Shown here: piece by piece, positions 45,316 through 60,947 of the stretch
Numbering within the stretch: the first letter of the stretch is position 1
Layout: every line of letters begins with the position of its first letter
Origin: the human T2T-CHM13v2.0 reference genome, Homo sapiens
Length of the DNA: 64,000 nucleotides
Direction: 5' to 3' (one strand)
Assembly (NCBI RefSeq): GCF_009914755.1
Contig: NC_060932.1
Translations under genes and position numbers: made by a program
Notes under the pieces: generated by a model
Seen by the model: the letters and a program-made list of their open reading frames with translations, nothing else
What the model was told of the DNA's origin: nothing
The model's database searches: none

Positions 45316-47507
45316 GGCATAAAGGAATAAATAAATCAAATAAGAATTGGAGCTTTTCCATCTTATTTCAGAATATCTAATCTTTTCAAGTCAAACATCC
45401 ATCCTCTGATAAAGTGGTTCGGGGACTTAAGTCTGTGACCCACCAGCCCAGTGCCCTTCTACTTCTCATAATATGTTGTATGTAGGGAAGGAAAATCATG
45501 CTATCATGGACTGTCAGTGTTGAAAAACAGCTTAGCAAGTTGTGAGTGAGTGCAAACCACTCTTTTAACAATGACAAACCAAACACTCAGGAAAGATATA
45601 ACTTATTTGAGGCCGTTCAGCTGGTTATTGAACAGAATTGGTGTAAAAATCTTCTTACTTTTAGTGCAGTAATCTTTCCTCTATTTCATAACACCTATTA
45701 ATTTTTGGAAAAAAAATAAAATATCATACTCTTAAGCAATATGTAAGTTAAATGTAACTTCCCTTTATACAATGTTTTGTTTCTTTTGCTATCATTAACC
45801 TATGTAACCTTGGTAGAATATACATGCTAATTATTTGCGCTATGCTTGCAGTTTTTAGAAATGCTATTGTGAATAAATGAATATTTTTATTTAACTGTTT
45901 CAGCATAAGAAAGGATTTTCCTAAACCCTGAAATAACTTGTTGGCAAGCAAGAAAGGAGACTGGGGTATTCTTGCTTGTCTAGTAAAGTTGAAAAGATTG
46001 ACTTGATATTTTGAACAGTTACTGGACTTTCTGTTGTGGCCATATTTAAGAGCTTGTAAAAGTATTTTTGGTCTGCTTAAAATTTTAATGGATAATCAAA
46101 GACACTTCAGAAACTTTGGAGACATTTGGATATCACTTTACAATCTGCCCCAAGTTTGTAGTTCTTAATCCATTAAAAGACAGAGCTGCTTGTAAATCCA
46201 CAGGTATAGATAAGGAGTCACTGTTTACTGAGTCCAAACCCTTTTCAAATGAAATATGTCAGTGGCAGAAAGAGAGGATGAATTACTTTTTTAAAGGGTT
46301 TTCAAAGATTCTCATTATTCCTCTGGTATCACTTAAGTGTGACATGACTGGTTTTTTAGTGTGTAAAAAGAAGCAAATTATTTGGGTATATTTTTATGTA
46401 GAAAAGAAGATTTTTTAACTTGTATTTAGCTGAGAGATTGAAATGTATTTTATTTTAAATGGTAAATTGTAAATAAACTGTTTTAAATGTAAGTAAGTAT
46501 GGTTGAAAAAAATACTGAGAACTCCTAGCCAATAGAAATTAAACAGTTTATTTTCAAATAAGAAAATTATCCTAAATATTTCAATAAAGAAAGTGAATAT
46601 GCATATATTGAGTCGTGTTGTCCCACTGATTCCTCTCTGACATCAGAGTAGATTGTTATCTTTGTGCTCTGTCTCTGAGGGTGTTTCTATAAAGGGTCTG
46701 TCATTCCAATGCATTAATCAAAAAGATTGCACAAAGATGAAAAACATTTTCAGAGGAAAATCTCATAAATGGATTTGTTATTCTGTATACAGAAAACAAA
46801 TTATTGTCTTTCCATAGTTTCTGGACACTGGATAAGCATCAGGATCTAGTACTTAGGCATTAATATGTTATTTACTATACGTATTCTATTTATATCTTTC
46901 AGACATTCGGACTTATTGAATCTTTCTGGGCTCATTTTCCTCACTGCTGATCATCATTAGCTGTTGATATACCAGAATTTAAAAAGTTGGAGAATGTGTA
47001 TTTGTCTTAATTTAATGTGTTCTTCAATTTTCAGTGTATTTTTCAAGTGGTAAAGAAAGAGTATGAGAAGAAGGGTGAATGAAAGTGTTGTCACTGAATT
47101 TAAATTTTTGATTGGGAACATGAAATTGTTATGAACATTGCATCTTTATTGCTCAGATATAGATAAATTTAAATTTTACCATGGACACAATTTAACCACT
47201 ACCGAAATATTTTAGCTGATTGTAGTTTATATACTTTAGTTTTGGTTTTCAGGATAAGCAATAATGAAAACATGAACAATAATGTCTGGTATTTAAACTA
47301 TTAAAAGGAGGTGACACTAAATAGAGAAATAAAGAAGAGATAGAATTGAACTCAGGTTGGCAGTGTTTCTTTTTGAAAAAAAACTCAAGATTGAATCTAT
47401 GTATTTAAAGATAGCTACTAACTTGAAAAGAAGCTAAAGCGAGATTAAGGCAACAATTTCATATGTTACCTGTCATGACATATAGCATTTAGAAAATGTT
47501 ATTACTA

Positions 47508-47751
47508 GGCCAGGCGCGGTGGCTCACGCCTGTAATTCCAGCACTTTGGGAAGCCGAGGAGGGTGGATCACCTGAGGTCAAGAGTTTGAGACCAACCTGA
47601 CCAACATGAAGAAACCCTGCTCTGCTAAAAATACAAAATTAGCCGGACCTGATGGCGCTTTGCCTGTAATCTCAGCTATCTGGGAGGCTGGGGCAGGAGA
47701 AACTCTTGAACGCGAGAGGCAGCCTGGGCAACAAGAGCGAAACTCTGTCTC

Positions 47752-47783
<32 letters not shown>
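47508..47783 (+). mobile_element. Alu (AluSp-like) with ~40-bp right-arm deletion
   Basis: gaacgcgagagg joins directly to cagcctgggcaacaagagcg. Confidence 0.92.
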
Positions 47784-47850
47784 TATAAGTACTGAATATA
47801 TTCTATTCTATTTTCCTCAGCTTTCTATTCTATATGGATTTTCAGTGACA

Positions 47851-47905
47851 TTAAAATTGACGCAAAAGTAATTGTGGTTTTTGCCATAGTTTTGCACCAA
47901 CCTAA
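47851..47905. mobile_element. MADE1 (Hsmar1-derived MITE), internally deleted
   Basis: gcaaaagtaattgtggtttttgccat...ttttgcaccaacctaa|TA matches MADE1 TIRs. Confidence 0.8.
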
Positions 47906-48872
47906 TATTTCTTTCTGTTTCATTCCTTCATATTCTCATGTCTGCTGTTGATCAGGCTGAAAATAAATAACATTAAAACACAATGAAGTTAGGTTACTGA
48001 GATAAAATTTTTAAAATATAAACATTTTAGTATGGTGATATGGCATGGTAATACTCTTTGGGGAATAAATATCCTAGATATAATTATTTTAAAGACAGGC
48101 TGCAAGTCCTGATTGTGATTTTTTTTCTACCTATCCCAAACAACATTTAAGCTATTGGCCGTTTTTTTTTTTTTTGAAATTTTGAGGCCCTCTTTTATTT
48201 ATTTGTATATTACTCCATTCATTTATTTCTTAAGCAAGCATTTAATGAATTCTTACTTTATGCAAGTGTGTATACTGTCTTTACTTCCTATTTCCCTTTA
48301 TAGGTTCCAAAATATTACTCTGGAGTAAATGAAAGGAAGAAGACCTTCCAAAGCTGGTTATTTCTAAAGTATTTTTTTGGTACAATAGAGTTCTATTCAG
48401 TATACCAAATACAGAAAAACAAGTAAAAACTCCGTCTAAACATTTTTTATTTGAAAAACATGCCTTGCTATATATTGTACATGTAGCCATTTTACCTATT
48501 GAAACTGGTAGTCAATTTCAGAAAATTACCAAGTACTTCAAAAACTCTCCAGATATTGTTGTTTGACAGTCTTGAATAAATACAAGAATTTTAGCACAAA
48601 ATGATTGTCCTACTGTTTCTTGTCTACCTGTTTTGGCATTGGATCAGTGCTTTTTAAGGGAGTGTTACTGTTTCTGGTTCTTAAAGACTTAACTAAAAAG
48701 AATTGGCTTCAGTAGATGATGCATGTGAAAAGGTGAAAGGAAGAAATTGGACTAAATTTGAATACAATTTATAAGGACAAGTTTTATTTTCCTCTCAGGT
48801 TAAGATGAGTTGTTTTTCAGACAAGCATAATTAATTCTCTTTATATGAATCCTGAGAATATCATGTGTGTAA

Positions 48873-49124
<252 letters not shown>

Positions 49125-49609
49125 TAGCTCAGAAATTCTCTCTGCTTGCTTTCCAATGAAATCACTAAAAATAACCATTTGTTTTTGCTTTTTCGTGGAC
49201 AGCAAAACTTGGATACTTTTCAAGTGGTTTGTGTCTGACAGTAATATACGCAGAATTTAGACAGAAACAGGTTACTTATACTAAATTGTGGCTAGTAAGG
49301 TAATATGTAAGGTTATTGCTTTATCTGCTTAGCCAGACCAAGACTGTTCACATTTAGTAATATATAAAATTGCCTTTATTTTTCAGATGACACAAATTGT
49401 CATCCATTACAGGTTTTCATGAAGAACAAGAAATAAACAACTTTGTTTTTCCTTGGTAATACTGTTTGTACCTTTAAAAGCAGGGATGAGTGGTCAGCAT
49501 TATAATTTTTGTTATTCAGCTTTTTTGTAAAAGTTCTGAGAACAGAAAGTCTATCTCTTGCCATGATTATGTGGATTATTGATTAATTAGATGTTTTAAA
49601 AGTAATGGA

Positions 49610-49966
<357 letters not shown>

Positions 49967-49975
49967 TTAATTGGA

Positions 49976-50484
49976 TATATAAGTTTGCTATTCCTGCCTC
50001 AGCAACTCACCACAAACTTTGTGCCTTAAAACAACATAAACTTATTATCTTGCAGTTATGGAAGTCAGAAATCCAAATTGGGTGTCACTGGGCTAAAATC
50101 AAGGTGTCTGCAGGTCTGAACTCCTTTTCGGATGCTTTATAGGAGAATCTGTTTTCTTCCTTTTCCAGTTTCTGAGGGCTGCCCGTGGCCCTTCCCTCAT
50201 AGACCCCCTTCCATCTTCAAAGCCACCAGGGCCTGATGGTGTCTTTCGCACGTCCACATTCCATCTCTGACTCTTCTGCTTCCCTCTTACACATTTAAGG
50301 ATGCTTATGATTACACTGTGTCTGCCTGGGTCGTCTAAGCTAATTTCTCTATTTTAAGGTCAGCTGATTAACACTCTCAATTCCATTTGCTTCCTTCATT
50401 TCTCTTTGCCATGCAAAGGAATGTTCGCAAGTTCTAGAGGTCAGGATGTAAACATCTTTGCAAGGAGCTATTCTGCCTACCACA
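49976..50484 (-). mobile_element. MaLR solo LTR (MLT1D-like)
   Basis: cactgggctaaaatcaaggtgtc...ccttccatcttcaaagcca...ctattctgcctaccaca; imperfect TSD ttgga/tggga. Confidence 0.85.
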
Positions 50485-53417
50485 TGGGATAAAAGAAAAA
50501 CAATAGCTGAAAACCTCTCTTATAATAAGTGATAACACAGGTGATGAAATTTGGGAAGAAAAATGTTTCATATTCCTTAGAGGATCCAGAAATTTTATAA
50601 GTATTTATTCCCCTGAAAGTCCTTCTCTCTAAATGCCATTTATGTAGGAACAGTCTTGTGACTTTTAAATGACTCTATCTATGCTAAAGGGACATAAGAA
50701 CTCCCAGAGGGGTTTCGACAGGTGTACTGGGTTCAGCAACATTACATTCCTTTTTTGATTTATTACATGAAGGAAATCCCTTCTTCAAGTTATTACATGA
50801 AAGAAATTGATACATGTGGATCTCCGTTTATTCAGTACCATGTGGATGTGACAGAGGTTGTTGGTTCAACTAAAAGTAATGATTAGAATAAATAGGAAAT
50901 ATTTGTGTTACCAAACTTTTAAAGAGTGCATGAGATCCCAGGGGTATATTTATTACTTTGTACATTCATGTATTTATCCATAAAAGGATGAAGTAGGGGT
51001 TTTCACATACATTTAAGGACCAAACAAGTTGACCTTACAGTCCAGACCAAATATTTAATATTCTGGGCAATTTGTTCTAGGTGGACCAGTGCAGCTACTT
51101 CAAAAGAGATTTGTGATGTAGCCACAAAATGCAGGCCTCAGTTGATTGAGTTGTATTAACAGATTGTTTTATTGATTCCTTTCAGAGAGCAATATTAACT
51201 GTGCCCATTTCTCAAGCTAATGAATGTTAAGAAAGGCAAGAGAAGGATTGTCTAAACATCAAAGATTGAATTAAATGCTATTCTGAACTTATTTTATCTG
51301 GGAGTTTCTGTTTGTCTTCTAGCATTGCTTACTAAACATTTTAAACTATATCATATTTATCTTATTTATCACAGTGTATCAGATACCAATGCAACCTTTA
51401 ATCATTTGTATATTTCTTCAAAAGTGTACTGACACTGTATCAGCTATAGTTGACATGCAAGATGAACATTTTCCAGTTTACTATATTAAAAGGATATATT
51501 TACTAAAATGCTATTTTTGATTAATCTTGCTATTACTCTCTGTATGTATACAGAATGGTAGTTTTATGACATTTTTACCATATGCTAAATCGTGATGGAT
51601 AGAAGATAAACCTGTCTGAGAAAGTTTGATTTTTTTATTTTTCATTGAAATAATTTCTGATTTTAGACAGTTGATGTCATTTTGCTATTTTAATAGTTCT
51701 ATATGACTGTAAAGCTATTTTATGCCATATTTAATATTTTTAAAAGGCGTTAACTTATATGAAATTTTCAGAATTTTTGATACTATTTAAAACATGACTA
51801 CTCTTAAGTTTATCAACAATTGGGTAATGGGTGATTATTATTTATAGAAAACAATTTTAATACTTCAGTTTTCTTCTTTTGTCTTAGGCTTTAAATATCA
51901 GATTATTTTATTTAGTTAAAATACAGCATTTTTCCTTATTTTAAAATTTAGTTGCCTCACTAAAATATATTTTCAAATGTTTTTCTTTTGAAATAACATC
52001 CTCTTCCAAAATTTACTTCTGAGTTTATATCATTAAATACTACTAGTATTATTATTCCTACTACTGTTACTACTGTACATCAAATTGGTTAACATATATG
52101 TCTGAAAAATGGAAATAGATTAGCTCATTTAGTCCTCCAAAAAACCTGTGAATTTGGTTCTATCATAAATCATATTTTACAGATAAGAAAATAAAAATTC
52201 TCACTTCTGATTCGAGAGTCTGCTTTTTTAAAGACTCTGCCACACTGCATTCTCAGTATAACATCTGTAACATGATTTGAGCATGATAAAATTGTTGATG
52301 ATTTCTTAACATGAATCATAAATTTATAAAAATCTCTGGGAGGAAGTATGCAAAAATTAGAAATATACCTTTTTTTCCCCGATGGGCAAAATATTTATTA
52401 TGTAATTAGACTACTTGAGCAGTTAAAAGTTAATTCAAAGACTTCTGGAGTTTTGTTACCTCTCATAATTTGGACAGTACTATAATATGTATTTGAAATC
52501 ATAAATATTCCTTATAATAAAATATATAGCCTACTACCCCTTCCCTACCCAACCTTGAATCAAATTTGGATTAGCGCACTCTCTTAAATTGCTTATTCGC
52601 CAACTGATGTAATGTTACTCTGCTCAAACTCATGGTGTTGGCTCGGGAGATTCAGCTCACTAATTAATCCAACACAGTAATTAATTGAGTCACCATGCCA
52701 GATGTCAAATCCTTTTTATATCTTTCAAGTCCCCATCTTCAAGTACATTAGCAATATGCCACCTTCTGCAGGAAGCCTTTGCAGACCAGGCATTTAGATG
52801 TATATAGAACATTTTAAAAAACACAGAAACACCAAACAAATTAGTTTGACAAAAAGTTGTTCTTGGAATTATATAACACACTGAACATAGAAATAGAGTA
52901 TCTTTTGTCCACACCTTATTATCTTGGTAGATACTTCATGCTTTAAAAGTTTTATAATAGCAGCAGCAGCATAGTAAATACTTTCATTGGGCCAGATACT
53001 GGTCAAAGTGCTTTACATGTTTTATATCATATTTACTTCTTACACAAGTGCAAGAGAAGATAATATTTATCTCCTTTGTTGCAGAGGCGTAAACTGCTAC
53101 TTTGGGAAGTTAAATAACTAGCCTAAGGTCAACTCAGTCTGATTCCATAACACATGCTCCAGTCTTAGAAATGTTTTCTGTGATGTGGTAATAATAATAC
53201 TGCCTAGCTTATAGGAATTTTGGACTAAATGAGATAGCATATGTGAGTTATCCACACATTTCAACTACTTTTACTAGTCAGTAATCTGTGGAAGTGAACC
53301 CATTGAAATCTTTCAACTTTAAAGCAAAAAGCACTCTTTAAATTAAACAAGTAACACTATAAACCTTGGCGTTTGGGGATTTTTACATGCCTAAATTTGA
53401 CTGTTTGCCAAGGGCTC

Positions 53418-53774
53418 TGTCTTAGGATTCTCCAGAGAAACAGAACAACAGGATGTGTACGTATATAGCCAGAGATTTGTTATAAGGAATTGGCTTGTCC
53501 AGTTATGACGGCTGGGAAGTACAAAATCTGCAGTACTCAGTCAGATGAGATACCCGGGAGAGCCAGTGGTGCAGATGAAGTTCGATAGCGGTCTTTGGGA
53601 TATTTCCTCGTCTGCAGGGAGGCCAGTCTTTTTGGTCTATTCGGGCTTTCAGTTGATTGGGTGAGGCCCATTCATATTTTGGAGGGCAGTCTGTTTTACC
53701 CAGAGTTCACTGATTTAAATGTTAATTTCATTCAGAAACGCCCTGTGAGTTGGCAATTAAAATGAACCATCACA
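53418..53774 (-). mobile_element. ERVL solo LTR (MLT2B-like) with 5-bp TSD GGCTC
   Basis: ttctccagagaaacagaac...ttataaggaattggct...aaccatcaca; GGCTC at 53413 and 53775. Confidence 0.9.
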
Positions 53775-54757
53775 GGCTCCGAAGGTCTGCACTACCTTGC
53801 AAGTTTCAGTTTTTTGAGGTATGACCTTATACCCCTGAAAAAATTGATACCAGTGAGGGAGCCCAGCTTTCTTTCCAGCATCTCACCTCATATCTCAGAA
53901 ATAACTTATATTAAATACTATCATGGTAGCACAAACTTGGTGTTTTTGAAAGTTTTGCAGTTTTATTCACTGAAAAAAAATCAAAGGACTACTGATGAGG
54001 AAGAAATTTTAAAAATCACCTTAAGTTCTGATCAATATCTGGTTTGGATGTGTTTTAGAACATCTATGTTTATATGTTGTACCTTTGAAGATTTTCCCCA
54101 TATTCTCCCAAGGACAAAGATCCTTGCAATAAACTAAATCTCAGCTGTGCTAGCACGTGGTAGTGCTTAGCAAGTATCAAGCAACAGTGATTACTTGGAA
54201 GGTTGGGTGTCTGAAATTTAAATGGCGTTTGCCCTCTCTTGCTTTTAAATATTATCAACTGTTGATAGCTAACTATTCTGACTGGATTCAGCCAACTGCT
54301 GGAATCATACAACATACACAGTTAATTAAATAGAAAGCCCCAGATTACTTACAACATAATAGTAAACTCATCGCAACCTGTTAAATTCAACAAATGAAAT
54401 TTGATAGAGAAATCTCATTTTATTCTGTTCAATCAGAATAAAATGTATTATTTTCCCACAGGGTATTTGTGATACTGAATTTTTTTTAAAAAAATGAAAT
54501 ATACATATAAAGGGCACTATAGATATTTTGTTGACCTAATAATGAAATAATGCATGTATCAAATTGCATCTTAAAAGTTTTAAGATAGTCATCTTTATAG
54601 AAATGTGGTTAAGGAAAAAATTAGAAGTTCCTGATCTACCTGCTTATAATTAGAATTATTAATTGCCTCCATTTATCCCTTTGCAGTTTTATCTTTTCCA
54701 GTATTCATCTTTTATCTTAATAATTGCTAGTCTTCAAGCTTCATATTGTACATATCC

Positions 54758-55203
54758 TGTAGCAAATATATCTCTACCTATGTCTCCAGCATTCACCTCT
54801 ATAGGCAAAGGCTGCTCAGTGGGCACACCTGTGACTTTTCTACCTGAGCACTTTTTTCCAGCGTTAAGAGCAAACTCCTTGCAAGCTGGGAAAGCTGGAA
54901 GTGCTGGAGATTTCCTATTCCCAAAGGTTATCCTCAACCAATGATGGACAGAAAGTTGGTGGACTAACACCTCCGCTTCCCTTCCTCTTGGTTAGGATAT
55001 AAGATGTGTTCTATATTGTCTGTTAGAGTTTGGCAGTGGAATTGAGCTCTGATTGCCTTGATAGTGAACATTTTGTGGACCTCTTCCCTTTCCTGCTTAC
55101 TTCGCCACAACCTTACTGGAATTTTCTGGGATCAACTTCCCAGTAAACTACTTGTATTTGAATCAGTCTCAGGGTAAGCCTCTGGGGAATCCATACTAAG
55201 ACA
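54758..55203 (+). mobile_element. ERVL LTR16-like solo LTR
   Basis: cctcaaccaatgatggac...cccagtaaactacttg...gtctcagggt...ctggggaatccatactaagaca. Confidence 0.75.
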
Positions 55204-55379
55204 GCCTCTAAGATGTAATAATGAAATAAATTTAAAAGCAATATCCAAATTATTATTGAGATTCTAGAGGACATAGAATTATTTAATCTTTATTATTCAA
55301 TTTTGGACCTCTACTACTGGTACATAATCGGTATTCAATAACTGCTCTTTAAAATAAAAATCTAATCGAATTGAATTTG

Positions 55380-56860
55380 CTTATCAGGAACATTCTCACT
55401 GACTCCACCCATATTCTCCATCTTTCCCATCTCAATGGCATAATTTATAATTTTGCTGAGGCATGACTTTTTGTTGAGCCTCAGATTTCATTGATGTTGA
55501 CATTGTGAATGATATCTTCCTTCTTAATATTCATTTTAATCTGGGCTCAGGACTACCATACTTTCCTATTTCTCATATCTCTCTGGGTCTTAGCTCTTTT
55601 TAATTTAACTGTGAGTGTTTCCCAAAACACTTCTGGCCTTTCTTCTCTTCTCCCTCTGTTCCCAGTGCCTCAGGGAGCTTATCCACTTGCAAAGCTTCAG
55701 CTACTAATTTACAAATGACATTTAAATAAAAAAATCTCTAACCTTGGCTTTTTACCCTTTCTCTAATAGCACATTTCAACTGTTTTGCAAGCTTTCCCAT
55801 TTAATTCCTCCAACTACACAGTCACAAAGAGAGTTTATTCCTGTCTCCACAGACAGCCTCTCTTTTCCATGACTTCCAGCTTTCAGTCACCTTTAATCCT
55901 AGTCCTCTGCCTCTCCTTTCGTACCTCTGCAGGGAGTCCATTCTCTCAGTTATCCTGTGTCTTTTCTGCATTTCTACCTCTCCTTCTCACATCTCAAATG
56001 CTATTCACACACAGTTACACATACCCATACCTCTCTCCTTTTGCCTGTAACTACTACCATCTCTTTTTCCTTCTATTCAGAGTCAAACATCTTCCAAGAC
56101 TCTCCATTTCATGTCCAGAAACCAAGCATCATAACTCCTGCTTTCGTAATGATTGTTCTCCTCTTTCTGTCCTGCTACCACTGCTTTAGTCGAAAGCCCC
56201 ACCGCTTCTCTCTTGATTATTACAATATTCTTCTGTTCTCTCTTGTCATCTTTTTATTTACTCAGACCACAGTATGTCCTGAAAGCAAAACTACAGTAGT
56301 CACTTAACTCCTGTGCTTTAAAATCATTCTAAAGGGCACGAGAATACCCCAAGGTTTTGGTAAAGCCTAAAAAAGGCCTTCCTGTTACTCACCTCCCCAG
56401 GTGATGCTCACCTCCCCAGTTCTGACCCCTTTTCCACTCTCTTATAGACTTTAGGCATTCTGAACTACATGCAGTGCCCTGAATGTCCATTTTTTTTCCA
56501 CATCCGTACATTTGGTCATGCTGTTTTATCCTCCTGGAAACCCCTATTCCCCCCTCCCCACCTATCTCTCTTCATCTCACTAAGTCCAATACTTATTTAA
56601 AGACTCTGCTCAAAGTCACTTCCAAAGTAGACCTTCTCTGAAGCCTCCTGTCTGGAATAGATAACCACTCTTGGAGTATTTCCCTGGTGCTCTAGGTTTA
56701 CTAGGATAAGAGCACTGATCACATAACTGTGAGCTCCTGTTTGCTTGTCTATCTCCCCTGCAGACCATATGCTTATTATCTATTTTTTATCTTTCTATCC
56801 TTCCCACTTAGAACAATGTCTAGCTTATACTAAGAGCTCAATGAATAACATTGAATGAAT
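55380..56860 (+). mobile_element. Long degenerate L2 fragment with 3' end
   Basis: L2-like pyrimidine-rich sequence ending agctcaatgaataacattgaatgaat. Confidence 0.6.
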
Positions 56861-59507
56861 CAGCACATTTATTTTTTCCTTTCACTTTTCTCCATATCAG
56901 GAACAGCTGCACACCCCTCCTTATTCAAGACCCTGCATCCTTCCTGAGGCTTTACATCCATGTCTGTTTCGTCTGTGATCTTGCTTCATCTGCCTAACTC
57001 AGCAGAGCAATTACCACAGGAAATGCTATCTTGTACCTGTTTTATTTGTTTATAGACTTGCACTTTTATTTTAGTCTCGTTTGAGAGGAAACTTCAGTAG
57101 GACAAGATAACTATGTCTATTTCTTCAGTTTTTATCTCATAAGGAGATATGCCCATGATGGTTTCTTGAGAAAAGTTGACTAATTTCGGTGTAAGATTTG
57201 CAACCCTTGGATGCAGCTAGGAGGATGAGGTGTTGCGCCTAGTGAGGCAATTATGATTTGTTTACAACAGACTCAGTTTTAGATCCCTCACTATGACATG
57301 GGTGAAGGCCAAGAAGGTGTTCTGCTCTACCATGCTTTCTGTGAAGTCTCATCCAGCCTCACACGTTCCAGTGACAAACCATCTGGGAAATTCCATCTGT
57401 CTCTGCTTGGAAACTGAGGTGGCAGTCGCCCACTGTGAGCAATTTTCTATTAACTTCTTGGATAAGATCAGTCAGATTTATACTGAATTGATGGGAACCG
57501 TAAGAGCAAGATTGTTCCAAGAGAAGACAAATGTACTGATTCCTCTAATTGGGCTTAAGCCAGTTTCATTCACAGACGCCCTTAGGTTCTAGTAGTGCAA
57601 GGACTTATAACCTTTTTAATTGTACCCTGTTCCTCTTGGGAAACATTGGTGAAATTCATTATTGATGGAGGTTGTAGATTTGTCCCTTAGGGAGGGCAAG
57701 ATCCTGGCTTCTCTTATACTCTATCTGCTATGTGGAGAATTAATGGAAACTGAGTGGACAGAAAAGCTGCTCAAAGAAGACTTGAAGGCAAGAAATGTAA
57801 TGCAGCAGAGCCTTGGAAAGTGATGCGTTGGTTTGGTTTCTAGAATTAGGGTAGGGTTTTTGTTGTTTTATTGATTTTTATTTTTATTTATTTTTTTTTT
57901 GATGGAGGGGGATTACTCAGGGAAAGAGGAGAAAGAAGTTTGTGTGGAGGCCTCAGTAATCAAAGGCCTGCTATTGAATGTGAGTCAGAAAGGAAGAAAT
58001 TAAACACCGAAGAATTATTTCACAATTGAAATATGTAGAAGCCAGAGAGGTCAATTGCATATTAATCTGAAGGGATTTGCTGTGTTATAATGCAGATATA
58101 GTTATGATGTTGGCAGTGGATGAAAATACATTGTCATATGGCACAATGGTATTGAAATGAAAACCTGAATTTGTGCCCTTCCTGATAATTTTTACTTGCC
58201 TCCAAAATAATACCTTTTGTGTATAGCTAGCCTGTTAACCTCAATCTCATCCTGACTTACTTTTTCTCCTGATGGTGAAGTCTTTCCAGGTTCTTTACAT
58301 TTGGACTTGGATTTGAAAGGTGGAAACACAATTCCTTGCTATACATAGACAATTTTATTTATGGACCTAACTTACTCTCCTCTGCCTGAAATTTTAATAC
58401 ATTTTGGCCTTTGGTTTATATGGCTAAACCTATTTACCCTTAGTTAGGCCAAGTTTGAACTTTTAGAAAGAATTATTTTTACAAGATTATTCATTGTTCC
58501 CTTTTCCCAGAACTCCAAGGAGAACTTTTGTTGAAGATGATCTTTTCAGTTATTAGGACGATTAGTGCTATTAATTTAATTAATTTCTGAAAGGAGGAAT
58601 TGTTTATGTCATCATAAGATGATCAAAGCTGATCCACTCTATGTGTGTAAAGTTGAGACAAATGAGTCACATAACCTTTTCCCACAGAGGATCGGTGTGA
58701 AGGATGAAGAATCACTATTGATTTATAGCTCCAGATACTCTTTGTGGGAGTTGTGATTGTTCCCACACATAGGGATCCTTACATGAATTTTCTTAATGCA
58801 GATTTCATTGCTACTGTCATTTCTTCGTATTTGCCAAAAACAGAATCATGAAGGCCTAAGGTGGAAGTGGGTGGATATATAGCATCCCTGCCTCTCTAGG
58901 GAAATCTATCACCATCTTGACTAGTGAGGAAGTGGTTTGTAAAGCATAACTATTGTTTTTGTAACACAAATTCTAAAATATCAATCTTGAAATGTAGTTT
59001 TCCCTGGAGGGGAAGGTAGAAGTAACAAAGCACTGTGAGGAAGAGTTGTTCATGGAGTTGACCAAACTGTCCTCTGTTATGTGCTGATAGGTCTGGCATG
59101 CCTTTTAAATTCTTTCTATTTGATGTTTTTGAGGAATTGTCATTCTATACTGATTTCAAAACAATTAGTTTGGCAGGATATGCTTACATGGTTGTAACAA
59201 ATATTGTGCCAGCGTTATGAGGACTTAGCATCAATCTCAGCTTGACATGACAATTAATACATTCAGTAACTTGGAGATGATAACAGAGAGAATGGAGATA
59301 GGTACCAGTTTGTACTCCTTCAGTTTGGTCTTAAAAATCAAAATTACTTAGGGATAATGCTTTGTCAAACTCTGATAACATATTGGACTCTGGTTTTAAT
59401 CTAATTTTCAATAAATATTCCCAGGATGGGATTCACCAAGTTTCATAATTTAACTGTAGCTCTCAGGTGGCATTGACAACCTTTATTATCATATAAGGTT
59501 TTCCTAG

Positions 59508-59904
<397 letters not shown>

Positions 59905-60044
59905 TCTTGCATAAATTTCTAATAAGAGAATAATAAAGTAATATTTATTACATACTTTGGAAATTTGAGAAATTATTTGAGAAACTCTCTTGGAGATTAA
60001 CATATTTTTGCCTGTTAATTTAAATATTGAATTTAAAGTTGTTC

Positions 60045-60338
<294 letters not shown>

Positions 60339-60589
60339 TAAAGTTGTTCTTTATTATTCATTGACTCTTACTTCAATTTTCTCATAAAACCCCTTGTCCC
60401 AGCTTGACAAAACTGTGGCTTCTTGATTCTAATAATTTCAGCGTCTTCTGTGCCATTTTGTATCACTTTCTATTTTTTAATGGCAGGAAACCAGACTAAA
60501 GCATAGAGTTATGTAGGTTGGTCTGTGGTTTTCTTCTCATACACTTTAGTTCCTTTTCTGATGGTTAAAAATAATGAGCACAACTTGTC

Positions 60590-60947
60590 GCAGGCATAAT
60601 GTCTCCCACAAGGCTTCAATCAAGGGGACAGACAGGTCTTGGTGTCATCTGAAGGCTCAGCTAGTGGAGGATCTGCTTACATGCTCACTCAAATGACTCT
60701 TGATTCAGTGCTTGGCCTAGTGGGCCTCTACTTAAGGCCACTCACAATATGGCAGCTGGCATCCCTCTGAGCAAGCAGATGAGAGCATAGGACAGGGAGC
60801 CCAAGACAAAAGCCACAGTGCTTTGGTAACTTAATCATGGGAGTGGCATCCTATCACTTTTGCTGAATTCTAGGGAAGGGAATTGTGCAGAGCTTGAAAC
60901 CAGAAGGCTGGGATGACTGGGGGCCAACTCAGAGGCTGTCTGCCACA
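60590..60947 (-). mobile_element. MaLR LTR fragment (MLT1F/G/H-like)
   Basis: gtcatctgaaggctc...ctcacaatatggcagctggc...gaggctgtctgccaca. Confidence 0.7.
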
